The notes: a model not told the origin generated them from the sequence alone. 64,000 nt of DNA from Methanobacteriota archaeon (GCA_020696385.1 JAEHCQ010000003.1:87615-151614), one strand, 5' to 3'. Counted from the stretch's first letter, positions 18,680 to 28,705 are shown. Translations and numbers: made by a program.

Positions 18680-19819
18680 ATGGAATTTGGACTGAACAAA
18701 GAACAGGAGATGATGAGGAACACCATCAGAGAATTCGCTCTGAATGAAATTGAGCCCATCGCAGCTGAGATCGACGAGAATGCCACCTTCCCGGTGGATA
18801 CCGTCAAAAAGCTGGGAGAGCTTGGCTTCATGGGAATGACCGTGGCAAAGGAATACGGCGGAGCTGGCATGGACGATGTGAGCTATGCGATCGCGGTCGA
18901 GGAGATATCCCGAGTATGCGCGAGTCACGGCGTCACAGTGTCCGTGAACAATTCTCTGGTATGCTGGCCCATTAATAAATACGGCACAGAGGAACAGAAG
19001 CAGAAATATCTCATTCCACTGGCCCGCGGTCAGAAACTGGGATGCTTTGGATTGACAGAGCCAAATGCAGGAACTGATGCATCTGGTCAGGCAACCATTG
19101 CCGAGAAGAAAGGCGACAAATGGGTGATAAATGGCTCAAAGATATTCATCACCAATGGAGCCAATGCCGATGTGGCTGTCATCTTCGCAATGACGGACAA
19201 GTCCAAAGGCACTCGCGGAATAAGCGCGTTCATTATCGAGAACACGTTCCCAGGTTTTTCACTTGGGACCATTGAGAAGAAGATGGGTATCCGTGGATCC
19301 TGCACAGCTGAGCTTGTTTTCGAGAACATGGAAGTTCCTGAAGAGAATATGCTTGGAAAGGAAGGCAGGGGCTTTGGTATCGCGATGTCCACGCTGGACG
19401 GTGGCAGGATAGGAATTGCCGCCCAGGCATTGGGAATCGCACAAGCCGCGATGGATGCCAGTGTTCAATATGCCAAGGAGAGAGAACAATTCAGAAAGCC
19501 ACTGGCAAAGTTCCAGGCAATACAGTGGTTCCTTGCAGATATGGCGACCGAAATAGATGCTGCCAGGATGCTTGTTTACAAGGCGGCATTTGACAAATGG
19601 CAGAAGAAGCCATATACAGTGTCAGCGGCAATGGCAAAGCTATTCGCATCTGACATATGCATGAACGCCACCAGGAACGCGATCCAAATCCACGGTGGAT
19701 ATGGATATATCAAGGATTACGCAGTAGAGAGATTCTACAGGGATGCGAAGATAACTGAGATTTACGAAGGAACTTCTGAGGTCCAGAAGATGGTCATTTC
19801 AGGAGCATTATTGAAATAA
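18680..19819 (+). CDS. Short-chain (butyryl-CoA-type) acyl-CoA dehydrogenase
   Basis: FGLTEPNAGTD, KMGIRGS, IYEGTSEVQ. In an operon with etfBA. Confidence 0.95.
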   Translation: MEFGLNKEQEMMRNTIREFALNEIEPIAAEIDENATFPVDTVKKLGELGFMGMTVAKEYGGAGMDDVSYAIAVEEISRVCASHGVTVSVNNSLVCWPINKYGTEEQKQKYLIPLARGQKLGCFGLTEPNAGTDASGQATIAEKKGDKWVINGSKIFITNGANADVAVIFAMTDKSKGTRGISAFIIENTFPGFSLGTIEKKMGIRGSCTAELVFENMEVPEENMLGKEGRGFGIAMSTLDGGRIGIAAQALGIAQAAMDASVQYAKEREQFRKPLAKFQAIQWFLADMATEIDAARMLVYKAAFDKWQKKPYTVSAAMAKLFASDICMNATRNAIQIHGGYGYIKDYAVERFYRDAKITEIYEGTSEVQKMVISGALLK

Positions 19820-19834
19820 TTTGGAGGAAATAGA

Positions 19835-20620
19835 ATGAACATTATTGTATGTATCAAGCAAGTACCGGACACCACGGACGTTAAGATCGATCCGAAGACA
19901 GGAACACTCATCAGGGATGGAGTGCCAAGCATTGTGAACCCAGATGACAAACATGCAGTTGAGGAGGCTCTTCGCCTGAAGGAGAAGTTCGGTGGAAAGG
20001 TCACCGCTCTCTGCATGGGACCGCCACAAGCTGACGACGCATTGAGAGAGGTTTCCGCAATGGGTGTGGATGATCTCATTCTGCTAAGTGACAGGGCCTT
20101 CGCAGGTGCTGACACATGGGCAACATCCTATGCACTGGGTATGGCGATAGGGAAGATCGAGTACGATCTGGTCATATGCGGAAGGGAAGCCATAGACGGC
20201 GATACCGCACAGATCGGCCCCCAGCTTGCAGGATGTCTCGATATCCCCCAGATAACCTATGTCAAGAATGTGGAGATGGGCGATGGCAAGATCCTTTGCG
20301 AGCGCGCCCTTGAGGACGGTTACGAAAAGATCGAGGCAAGCCTTCCAGCACTTATCACTGTCATATCTGATCTGAACAAGCCCAGATACCCATCAGTGGG
20401 TGGCATAGTTGAAGCTTACAGAGAGAAAGAAGTAAAGGTATGGAATGCCGAGTTCATCGGCGCAGACCAGGAACTTCTTGGTCTGAAGGGATCTCCAACC
20501 GAAGTGAGAAAAACTTTCGCGCCAGAGCCAAAGGGAGATGGTGAGATACTTCAGGGAAGCACGGACGAAATGGCCAAACAACTGGTCACTAAACTTGTAG
20601 ATAAGAATATTTTGAGGTGA
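19835..20620 (+). CDS. etfB: Electron transfer flavoprotein beta subunit
   Basis: CIKQVPDT, NPDD, AGADTWATS, DGDTAQIGP. Confidence 0.96.
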   Translation: MNIIVCIKQVPDTTDVKIDPKTGTLIRDGVPSIVNPDDKHAVEEALRLKEKFGGKVTALCMGPPQADDALREVSAMGVDDLILLSDRAFAGADTWATSYALGMAIGKIEYDLVICGREAIDGDTAQIGPQLAGCLDIPQITYVKNVEMGDGKILCERALEDGYEKIEASLPALITVISDLNKPRYPSVGGIVEAYREKEVKVWNAEFIGADQELLGLKGSPTEVRKTFAPEPKGDGEILQGSTDEMAKQLVTKLVDKNILR

Positions 20621-20625
20621 TATTT

Positions 20626-21870
20626 GTGGCTGTTATTAAAATTGATGAAGATGCATGTATCGGATGCGGCATATGTGTGAACAAATGCCCAGATGCTTAT
20701 GACCTGAATGATGACCAGAAAGCTATCGTGAAGAACCACAATGCCCCATGCGCACAGATCGGAGCAGATGATTGTCCGGTCGGCGCTATCGAGATCACTG
20801 GCGAGATCGTGCCAAGCGAAGCACCTGCACCAGTAGCTGCTGCCGCTCCAGTGGCAGCACAGCCAACAGGAGATTACAAAGGCGTGATGGTCTTTGCAGA
20901 GCAGAGAGGCGGAGAGATCAAGAAGGTGACGATAGAGCTTCTTGGACGCGGCCGTGGACTGGCTGATGACCTGGGCGTGGAACTATCCGCAGCTCTAATG
21001 GGTCATAATGTGGAAGGACTGGCCAAGGATCTTATCGCAAGAGGCGCTGATAAAGTTTACGTTATCAACGATGCAAAACTTGAGAATTACAATACTGGTG
21101 GCTATACAAAGGCAATGAGCAAGCTCATAAACACAGAGAAGCCCGAGATCGTCCTTTACGGTGCGACACATATCGGCAGGGATCTGGCTCCAAGGATCGC
21201 CAGGGAATTGCATACGGGACTTACAGCTGACTGTACAGAGCTTACCATAGATCTGGAGCAGAGATTATTGCTTCAGACAAGACCAGCATTCGGCGGAAAT
21301 ATTATGGCCACCATCATGTGCCCGAACCACAGACCACAGATGTCAACCGTTCGCCCAGGCATAATGAAGGAAATGGATGCAGACCCGGCAAAGACTGGCC
21401 AGGTCGTCAACTTTGATGCTGGATTAATAGATGCGGACATAACCACAAGGATCATCGAGATCATCAAGGAGAAGAAGTCAGTAGCTGGCCTTGAGGATGC
21501 GAAGTTCATAGTATCTGGTGGAAGGGGTGTCGGCGGTGCAGATGGTTTCAAGACCATTCAGGCACTGGCAGATGTTCTGGGAGCAGAAGTGGGCGGATCC
21601 AGGGTGGCAGTCGAGAAAGGCTGGATATCCAAGGATCAACAAGTGGGCCAGACAGGAAAAAGTGTCAGGCCAGCTTTGTACATCGCCTGCGGAATATCAG
21701 GTTCGATCCAGCACCGTGCTGGAATGCAGAACGCGGACTTCATCGTGGCAATCAATAAGGACCCGAATGCCCAGATATTCACTGTGGCTGACATTGGTAT
21801 TGTTGGCGACCTGTTCGATGTACTGCCAAAGTTGATAAATGAGCTTAAGGCAGCTAATATCGGTGCATAG
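20626..21870 (+). CDS. etfA: Electron transfer flavoprotein alpha subunit with an N-terminal ferredoxin domain
   Basis: GTG after GAGGTG RBS (the track start is 20617). CIGCGIC..CP...C...CPVGAI, an Ala/Pro linker, then GLTADCT, QVGQTG, GISGSIQH. Confidence 0.95.
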   Translation: MAVIKIDEDACIGCGICVNKCPDAYDLNDDQKAIVKNHNAPCAQIGADDCPVGAIEITGEIVPSEAPAPVAAAAPVAAQPTGDYKGVMVFAEQRGGEIKKVTIELLGRGRGLADDLGVELSAALMGHNVEGLAKDLIARGADKVYVINDAKLENYNTGGYTKAMSKLINTEKPEIVLYGATHIGRDLAPRIARELHTGLTADCTELTIDLEQRLLLQTRPAFGGNIMATIMCPNHRPQMSTVRPGIMKEMDADPAKTGQVVNFDAGLIDADITTRIIEIIKEKKSVAGLEDAKFIVSGGRGVGGADGFKTIQALADVLGAEVGGSRVAVEKGWISKDQQVGQTGKSVRPALYIACGISGSIQHRAGMQNADFIVAINKDPNAQIFTVADIGIVGDLFDVLPKLINELKAANIGA

Positions 21871-21887
21871 GTAATAGATACAAAATA

Positions 21888-21914
21888 ACTGGATGCTCTT
21901 CAAGGGCATCCAGT
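21888..21914. terminator. Hairpin between convergent genes
   Basis: ACTGGATGCTC/GGGCATCCAGT stem followed by T-rich sequence. Confidence 0.6.
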
Positions 21915-21930
21915 CACTCTTAATTTCTTT

Positions 21931-22188
21931 TTATTCATTATCACGCTTGAAGATCATGTAGTAAGCGGCAATTATGATACCAACTATGAAAACGATAATT
22001 ATGATCGGAACAATGTTATCGAAGATCCATACCAATACAACATCCACGATTATCTCCATGAAAATGAATATGAGTAACAGTGCGACAAGGCCGCCTACCA
22101 TACCGATCATATAGCCTGTATACCTCAGTGTTTCCCTGAGCTTGCTTTCTGGTTCAGGTTGTGGTGGATACATGGTTAACTCCGACAT
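21931..22188 (-). CDS. Small two-TM membrane protein
   Basis: 85 aa with two hydrophobic helices and an ATG start. Confidence 0.7.
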   Translation of the reverse strand: MSELTMYPPQPEPESKLRETLRYTGYMIGMVGGLVALLLIFIFMEIIVDVVLVWIFDNIVPIIIIVFIVGIIIAAYYMIFKRDNE

Positions 22189-22321
22189 ATTATCAATTGA
22201 CTAAAAATGTATATGAAAATCCCATATGAAAAGTTTGGGGAGCGTATTTGCCGCCCCCCATTCGTTTGTTTTCCATCCCTGTTATTTCTTCTGAATATGA
22301 ACTCAGATGAAGATCAGGATA

Positions 22322-22471
22322 TCAGTATCTGTCTCTTCGGGGTGGTCTGTGCTTCTGGTAGCAATCCCTGCAGTATACTGGTCTTCCTTCTGACGGCTTG
22401 AATGGCACTTCGCACTCATTTCCACAATCGGAGCATGTTGCCTTGTGCATCTCTCTATCTCTATTATACAT
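22322..22471 (-). CDS. CxxC-x17-CxxC zinc-ribbon protein (49 aa)
   Basis: MYNRDREMHKATCSDCGNECEVPFKPSEGRPVYCRDCY. AGGAG RBS supports the start at 22471. Confidence 0.92.
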   Translation of the reverse strand: MYNRDREMHKATCSDCGNECEVPFKPSEGRPVYCRDCYQKHRPPRRDRY

Positions 22472-22618
22472 TATTTTATCTCCTATTTCACTCATGCCAA
22501 AGGATAATCCATCAGCATATGAGTGATGGTTCATTCACAATACTGTATATAATGATATGCACAGATACACAGTGAAATACGGTCATAATAAATTGAAATA
22601 TCTATAATATAAAAGTGG

Positions 22619-22646
22619 GGGCTCTCCGTGATTTTTCGGAGAGCCC
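22619..22646 (-). terminator. GC hairpin with T-run downstream of pnp
   Basis: GGGCTCTCCG/CGGAGAGCCC, followed by CCACTTTT on the minus strand. Confidence 0.7.
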
Positions 22647-22681
22647 GATTCATTTATGCATTGCCGGGAGACGAGGTGACC

Positions 22682-24940
22682 TTATCTGCGATCCCTGTTG
22701 TCGCGTCCACCGCTTCTGCGGTCCCTACCGCCATCGCGACCGCCTCTTGATGGTGGCCTTCTCTCACGCTTTGGGGGCTCTACATATCCCTCTGGCTGTG
22801 GTATGAGGGATTTCATTGAAACCTCCACCTTGCCGCGCTCGATCTTGATGATCCTGACCTTCACCTTGTCGCCTTCCTTCAGTTTGTCAGAGACATTCTC
22901 TGTTCTTTCCCAGGCGATCTCCGATACATGCAGAAGTCCATCTGTGTTTCCAAAGAGATTGACAAAGGCTCCAAAGTTCATGATCTTGACAACTGTGGCC
23001 TCCTCAAAGACATCGCCGACTTCGGCCTCTCTGAGCAGTTCCTTTATTGCCGCCTCGGCCTTCTCGGCCTTCTCGGCATTGTCAGATGTTATGAGAACCA
23101 ATCCACTGTCCTCCAGATCGATCTGGACATCGTATTCCTCGGTCAAGGCCCTTATGACCTTTCCACCAGGTCCGATGACCTCTCTGATCTTCTCCGGGTC
23201 GATCATGAATGATGTTATCCTTGGTGCATATGGTGACATCTGCTCCCTTGTTTTTGGTATGCACTTCTCGATGACATCGATGATCTCATTTATGGCCTTC
23301 CTCATTGGAGGCATTGTGGCCTTGACCATTTCCTTGGATATTCCTCTGGTTTTGGTATCCATCTGAACTGCTGTAAGACCATCGCGGGTTCCAGTGAATT
23401 TGAAATCCATTCCACCGTCACCGTCTTCAAGATCCTGAAGATCGGTAAGTATTTTCCAAGCCTTGCCGTCAGATGCACAACCCATAGCAATCCCTGCTAC
23501 TGGTTTCTTGATCGGAACACCAGCATCCATCAGAGCAAGTGTGGAACCACATGTGGCCCCCATTGATGATGAACCATTGGAGCTCATAACTTCGCTCACG
23601 ACCCTAACTGTGTAAGGGAATTCCTCACCCTCTGGGATCATTGGCAGAAGTCCTTTCTCTGCAAGGGCACCGTGACCGATATCCCTTCTGCTGGCTCCAC
23701 GCAATGGCTTGACCTCTCCCACACTAAATGGTGGGAAATTGTAGTGGTGGAAGTACTTCATAGTTCCATCACTTTCCATGCTCTCGATGGACAGGTCATC
23801 ACCAGGTGATCCAAGTGTGACAATTGACAAAACCTGAGTTTCTCCCCTTGAGAATAGACCAGTACCGTGTGTTCTTGGCAGAAGACCGACATCAGCTTTT
23901 AGTTCTCTGATCTCGTCCAGCTTACGGCCATCGACCCTGAGGTCTTTGTCCAGTACAGCCCTTGTGACCTGCTGTTCGATGAATGGGAAGAAGAATGCCT
24001 TCAACAATCCTTTCAGATATTCCGCGGTCGCCTCTTCATCCCTTTCTGGTGTGGCCAGCTTTTTCTTGAAATCATTGACCAATATCTCTTCCAATCCCTT
24101 CAGGATATCCTTTCTCTCGCCTTTTGTTCCTTTCGGGGTATTGAACAGGTATTTGTCAAGATGTGGTATCGCGGCTTTCTTCAACTGCTCGATCACTGGA
24201 GCATCAGATTCCGCTGTGCCTTCTTTCATGATTATCTCATCAGGTCCGGCCTTTGGCTTTCCAACTTCCTTTCTGATACCATCAATAAACTTGGCCAGAG
24301 GTCCTAAGGCCTCCATTCCTGCCAAGATTCCGTCAGTTATCTGAGCATCAGTCAATTCATTAGAATCCGAGTCAATATTTGTTATCCTCTCGCCGTCACC
24401 CATAAGGACCATGTTCAGGTCAGAGTATTCCAGCTCATCGACTGTTGGGTTGATGACGAACTCGCCATTAACCAGACCGACCCTGACACCGCCTATTGGC
24501 CCGTCGAAGGGTACCTTGGATATGTGAAGCGCAGTGCAAGCTGCTATCATCGCGGCTATGTCTGGCTTATTTGCGTGATCCATACAAAGTGGTGTGCATA
24601 TGACCTGTATATCATTCCTCATCAACTGCGGGAACAGAGGCCTCAGACCCCTATCGATCTTTCTGCTTGTCAATACAGCTTCATTGGAAGGCCTGCCTTC
24701 CCTCTTCAGGAACCTTGGTCCCTTGATCTTTCCTGCAGCGTAATACTTCTCTTCATAATCCACCATAAGCGGGAAGAAGTCCATACCTGGCCTTGCTCTT
24801 GTGGCCATGCTGACCGTCGCTAATACGACCGTCTCTCCCATCTGCACAGTGACCGAGGCATCTGCCTGGTTTGCTATTCTTCCAGTTTCCACTATTAATT
24901 TCGTTCCATCTATTTCTGTTTCGAACTTTTTTATTTCCAT
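22682..24940 (-). CDS. pnp: Polynucleotide phosphorylase, bacterial type (2x RNase PH, KH, S1)
   Basis: FFPLMVDYEEK, KREGRP, RVDGR, FSRGETQ, HHYNFPPFSVGE, GHGALAE, SNGSSSM, GMDFK..GTRDG.TA.QMD, VIGPGGK (KH), DGLLHVSE (S1). Confidence 0.97.
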   Translation of the reverse strand: MEIKKFETEIDGTKLIVETGRIANQADASVTVQMGETVVLATVSMATRARPGMDFFPLMVDYEEKYYAAGKIKGPRFLKREGRPSNEAVLTSRKIDRGLRPLFPQLMRNDIQVICTPLCMDHANKPDIAAMIAACTALHISKVPFDGPIGGVRVGLVNGEFVINPTVDELEYSDLNMVLMGDGERITNIDSDSNELTDAQITDGILAGMEALGPLAKFIDGIRKEVGKPKAGPDEIIMKEGTAESDAPVIEQLKKAAIPHLDKYLFNTPKGTKGERKDILKGLEEILVNDFKKKLATPERDEEATAEYLKGLLKAFFFPFIEQQVTRAVLDKDLRVDGRKLDEIRELKADVGLLPRTHGTGLFSRGETQVLSIVTLGSPGDDLSIESMESDGTMKYFHHYNFPPFSVGEVKPLRGASRRDIGHGALAEKGLLPMIPEGEEFPYTVRVVSEVMSSNGSSSMGATCGSTLALMDAGVPIKKPVAGIAMGCASDGKAWKILTDLQDLEDGDGGMDFKFTGTRDGLTAVQMDTKTRGISKEMVKATMPPMRKAINEIIDVIEKCIPKTREQMSPYAPRITSFMIDPEKIREVIGPGGKVIRALTEEYDVQIDLEDSGLVLITSDNAEKAEKAEAAIKELLREAEVGDVFEEATVVKIMNFGAFVNLFGNTDGLLHVSEIAWERTENVSDKLKEGDKVKVRIIKIERGKVEVSMKSLIPQPEGYVEPPKRERRPPSRGGRDGGRDRRSGGRDNRDRR

Positions 24941-25217
24941 TTTTCCAACTCCTTATCTACCAACTCGAAAGTAAATTATAAAATCAAATTAAACCAATAA
25001 TCCATCAGCCAGCAATCAAACAAGCGTCCAAAAGTCCAACATCCAACAATCCATCAGTCCAACTAACCAACAATCCAACATTCTCGAATCCATTTTTCCA
25101 TCATATTATTTTTCTATTCCAACATGTTTCCAATATCATTACAAACATTTTGGTTCTTTCATCTATATTACTTCTTATAGTTAAGATAGGCGAGATACTT
25201 AATGCATATAAGGGTTT
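24941..25217 (-). promoter_or_regulatory. Putative pnp promoter (GAAACC-CTTATA) and a leader of about 240 nt with a degenerate octamer array
   Basis: BRE/TATA-like sequence at 25203-25217. Tandem TCCAACAA-like units at 24993-25082. AAGGAG RBS. Confidence 0.55.
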
Positions 25218-25341
25218 CTATTAATATATTCATATTCAATAAATATCATTGTTTTCCTAAGCTGAATCTGAGCAAATTTAATTATAGTTAGCTTATCCAA
25301 ACTCCCAAATACTTGAAATATACTTACGAGTCAGTGATATC

Positions 25342-26445
25342 ATGGTAGATAAGAGAGTGGAAAACCTAGCCAAACTGCTTGTTAATTATTCGATCGATGT
25401 TAAGAAAGGACAGGAAATTATTATTTCCAGCCCTCCTGACGGGGCACCACTGGCACTTCAAGTTTACAGGGAAGTGCTCAATGCAGGAGCCCACCCCTTG
25501 ATGATGCCTTCTCTAGACGGCGCGGCCGAGATCTTTTACAAAGAAGCTTCAGATGAACAGTTGAAATTCGTATCACCCTACAGGAAGTTCCTGTTGAAGA
25601 ATGTAGATGGCTATGTTGGAATATCGGCAGCCGTCAATACAAGAGAAATGTCCGGAGTGGACCCGAAGAAGATGGGAATGGTCTCTGGAGCCAATGCCGA
25701 GATATCCAAGATCGTCGGCGAGCGCAGTGCTACTGGCGAGTTCAAATGGGTCGGCCTCATATATCCCACACAGGCACAGGCACAGGAGGCCAGCATGTCA
25801 CTTACAGAATATCAGGATTTCGTTTATTCCGCTTGTCTGGCCGACAAGCGGGACCCCATCGCGGAATGGAAAAAGGTCAAGAAGGAGCAGGACAAGATGG
25901 TCAAGGTCCTTAACAAGATAGAAAAACTTCATTTCATCGGCGAGGACACTGACCTTATCATGTCTGTCAAGGGCCGTCTATGGGAGAACTGCTGTGGCGA
26001 GAAGAACATGCCGGATGGAGAAGTGTTCACTGGGCCAGTTGAAAACTCAGTTGAAGGAAAGATAAGATTCACTTTCCCAGGTATCTACATGGGCAAGGAG
26101 GTCGAGGACATCTACCTTGAGTTCAAGAAAGGTAAGATAGTCAAGGCAACAGCAGAAAAGGGAGAAGAACTTCTGAAGAGCCTTATCGCGGTCGATGAGG
26201 GTTCAAAGCGTCTGGGAGAGGTTGCCATCGGAACCAACCACGGTATCAAGAAGTTCACCAATTCCATTCTATTCGATGAGAAGCTGGGTGGAACCATCCA
26301 CATGGCTATTGGCCGCGGTTTCCCAGAGACCAAGTCGAAAAACGAATCTGGCGTGCACTGGGACATGATCAAGGACATGAAGAAAGGCGGCGAAATATAC
26401 GGAGATGCTGAATTGATCTATAAGAATGGTAAATGGCTCAAGTGA
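25342..26445 (+). CDS. Aminopeptidase, M29 (AmpS/AmpT) family
   Basis: NMPDGEVFT, LGEVAIG, FDEK..GT.H.AIG, HWDM. Confidence 0.95.
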   Translation: MVDKRVENLAKLLVNYSIDVKKGQEIIISSPPDGAPLALQVYREVLNAGAHPLMMPSLDGAAEIFYKEASDEQLKFVSPYRKFLLKNVDGYVGISAAVNTREMSGVDPKKMGMVSGANAEISKIVGERSATGEFKWVGLIYPTQAQAQEASMSLTEYQDFVYSACLADKRDPIAEWKKVKKEQDKMVKVLNKIEKLHFIGEDTDLIMSVKGRLWENCCGEKNMPDGEVFTGPVENSVEGKIRFTFPGIYMGKEVEDIYLEFKKGKIVKATAEKGEELLKSLIAVDEGSKRLGEVAIGTNHGIKKFTNSILFDEKLGGTIHMAIGRGFPETKSKNESGVHWDMIKDMKKGGEIYGDAELIYKNGKWLK

Positions 26446-26466
26446 GCCATTTCCAGTGGGGGGAAA

Positions 26467-27225
26467 ATGGAAAAGAAGATACAGGTCATCACTGTAGCAA
26501 TCATTATCACAATAGTGATCGCCAGCCTTCTTTTTTTCAATCTGGAAAGCATAGACCCAAATGCGGATCCAGATAGAGACGGCCTAACAAATGAACAAGA
26601 GAAACTACTGGGTTCGGACATAAACCACAAGGACCTGTTTATCGAAGTTGATTACACAGAGGGTTATGACTTGCCTTTTATTGATGATGCATTGGCAAAC
26701 CTTACGGCCTATTATGCAGAAAAGGATATCACGGTTCATGTGGACTCCAATAGCCCAACGAACATTGTTCCTACAAATCTTGGAGCTGATGACCCCTTTG
26801 TCATAGGCATGCAGGAGGAAATTGAAGAGAAATACCACGACCACAATACTACACATGTCTATCTTCTTATCACCAAACCAACAGTATATGATGGGCAGAT
26901 GGGGGGTGCCAATCCAGAATGGGGTTCAACCGTTTATGTATACAAAACTCATCCAAACGTGACCTTCCTGACTGAGAGATCCATATTCCACGAGATAGGG
27001 CATACCATTGGTGTCGGGCTTCATGATGATCAAGGCGATAATGAAGTATATTGCACTGATGTGAACTGCTCGATGGGCCAGGGTCGATTACATGGATACT
27101 GTGATGATTGCTGGGAAAGTGTTCTTGCCCCGGATGATGAATATCCAGTCATCCAATTGACCCATGCCAGGCTGTGGGACAAGTGGTCTGTGGATGAGCC
27201 AATAAAAGATCAGGAGACTGGATAA
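26467..27225 (+). CDS. Membrane-anchored zincin metalloprotease
   Basis: N-terminal TM, DPDRDGL motif, HEIGHTIGVGLH, C..CSM and C..C. Confidence 0.8.
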   Translation: MEKKIQVITVAIIITIVIASLLFFNLESIDPNADPDRDGLTNEQEKLLGSDINHKDLFIEVDYTEGYDLPFIDDALANLTAYYAEKDITVHVDSNSPTNIVPTNLGADDPFVIGMQEEIEEKYHDHNTTHVYLLITKPTVYDGQMGGANPEWGSTVYVYKTHPNVTFLTERSIFHEIGHTIGVGLHDDQGDNEVYCTDVNCSMGQGRLHGYCDDCWESVLAPDDEYPVIQLTHARLWDKWSVDEPIKDQETG

Positions 27226-27245
27226 TTACGAATATCTTAAAATCA

Positions 27246-27632
27246 TTGAAAATAAAGAAATGGAAGCCTGACCATTCGAGAGAAGCACTACCGGAAAGAG
27301 ATTGGCCAGATAGTGTCATCACCTTATCAAAAGATAATTTCGAGGAATTCATTGATAAGTATCCTGTATCTGTCATTGATTTCTGGGCAGAGTGGTGCGG
27401 ACCCTGCAAGGCGATGGACCCGATCATAACACAGCTATCGATCGAATACAAAGGCAGGGTGGCTTTTGGAAAGGTCGATATTGAGCAAGATAAGGAAATA
27501 GCGAAGAAATATCATGTCATGGGTATTCCGAAATTCATTATCAGCAGCCACAGCCAGAAGATATGCACATTGACAGGAACCAAGACCCTGGATGATATGA
27601 AGAAGATCATCGACGAGATACTGAGCAGGTAG
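27246..27632 (+). CDS. Thioredoxin
   Basis: DFWAEWCGPC and GIP. Start codon uncertain. Confidence 0.9.
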   Translation: MKIKKWKPDHSREALPERDWPDSVITLSKDNFEEFIDKYPVSVIDFWAEWCGPCKAMDPIITQLSIEYKGRVAFGKVDIEQDKEIAKKYHVMGIPKFIISSHSQKICTLTGTKTLDDMKKIIDEILSR

Positions 27633-27800
27633 TGAAATTTGAGGTGTTTTAGGGATAGTGGTAATGCCAGCGCGCCAGCATTGGTTCTCGCCGTCGGAGA
27701 GTGGGAGTGGGAAGAGGGGAATTGAGAGAAATTTTACTTTCGCCCACCCTCCGAAATACTTTAAATGCCTCAGAGTATATCTTCATGTAGGAGTGTTTGA

Positions 27801-28652
27801 ATGAGCGAAGAAAAAGCATTGGTGGTATTCCAAGATATAAAGATCCGGAGAGTGTGGTTCAATGAAGAATGGCATTATTCTGTCACCGACATCATTGCGA
27901 TACTAACAGACAGCAAGGATGAAATGGCCTACTGGCGAAAGTTGAAACAACGTGAACCGCAACTCGTGACGATCTGTCACGGTTTGAAGATGCCAGCAAA
28001 GGATGGAAAGATGCGTTATACAGACTGTGTTAACACGAAGAATGCATTCAGACTCATTCAGTCTATTCCGTCCAAGAAGGTTGAACCATTCAAGCAATGG
28101 CTGGCCCAGGTGGGAAAAGATAGGATCGACGAGATCGAAAATCCAGAGATTGCTCAAGACCGGGTAAGGGAGTATTACGAGCTAAAAGGCTATCCGAAAG
28201 AATGGATCGAAAAAAGGCTCAGAGGAATAGCGATACGCCAGGATCTTACAGACGAATGGAAAGGCAGGGGAGTCGAAGAACAAAAAGAATTTGCCATATT
28301 AACAAATGAGATTACAAAGGCAACCTTCGGGAAGAATGTGAAGGAATACAAAGAATTCAAGGCCCTGGAAAAAACAAGCCAGAACCTTAGGGATCATATG
28401 ACCGACTGGGAATTGATACTTACCATGGTCGGCGAGAAAGCTACTACCGACATCACGATCTCAAAAGATTCAGAAGGATTCGACGAATGCAAGGGATCGG
28501 CCATTGAAGGTGGCACGATCGCCAGGAACACTAGAAGGGAGATTGAAAAGAAGACAGGCCAATCACTAGTGTCAAACAAAAATCATCTTCAATTGGCACA
28601 GAAGGAACAAAAAAGAATTAAACAACAAAATACAGATGATGATGAATCATAG
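27801..28652 (+). CDS. BRO-N domain protein (phage antirepressor/DinD-like)
   Basis: IRRVW...YSVTDII, YWRKLK.R, RLIQSIPSKK.EPFKQWLA, NLRDHM. Confidence 0.88.
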   Translation: MSEEKALVVFQDIKIRRVWFNEEWHYSVTDIIAILTDSKDEMAYWRKLKQREPQLVTICHGLKMPAKDGKMRYTDCVNTKNAFRLIQSIPSKKVEPFKQWLAQVGKDRIDEIENPEIAQDRVREYYELKGYPKEWIEKRLRGIAIRQDLTDEWKGRGVEEQKEFAILTNEITKATFGKNVKEYKEFKALEKTSQNLRDHMTDWELILTMVGEKATTDITISKDSEGFDECKGSAIEGGTIARNTRREIEKKTGQSLVSNKNHLQLAQKEQKRIKQQNTDDDES

Positions 28653-28705
28653 GTACGGAATGCTTTTGAATAAAACATCTGGCTCACAGCTCATGGAGAC
28701 ACAAT

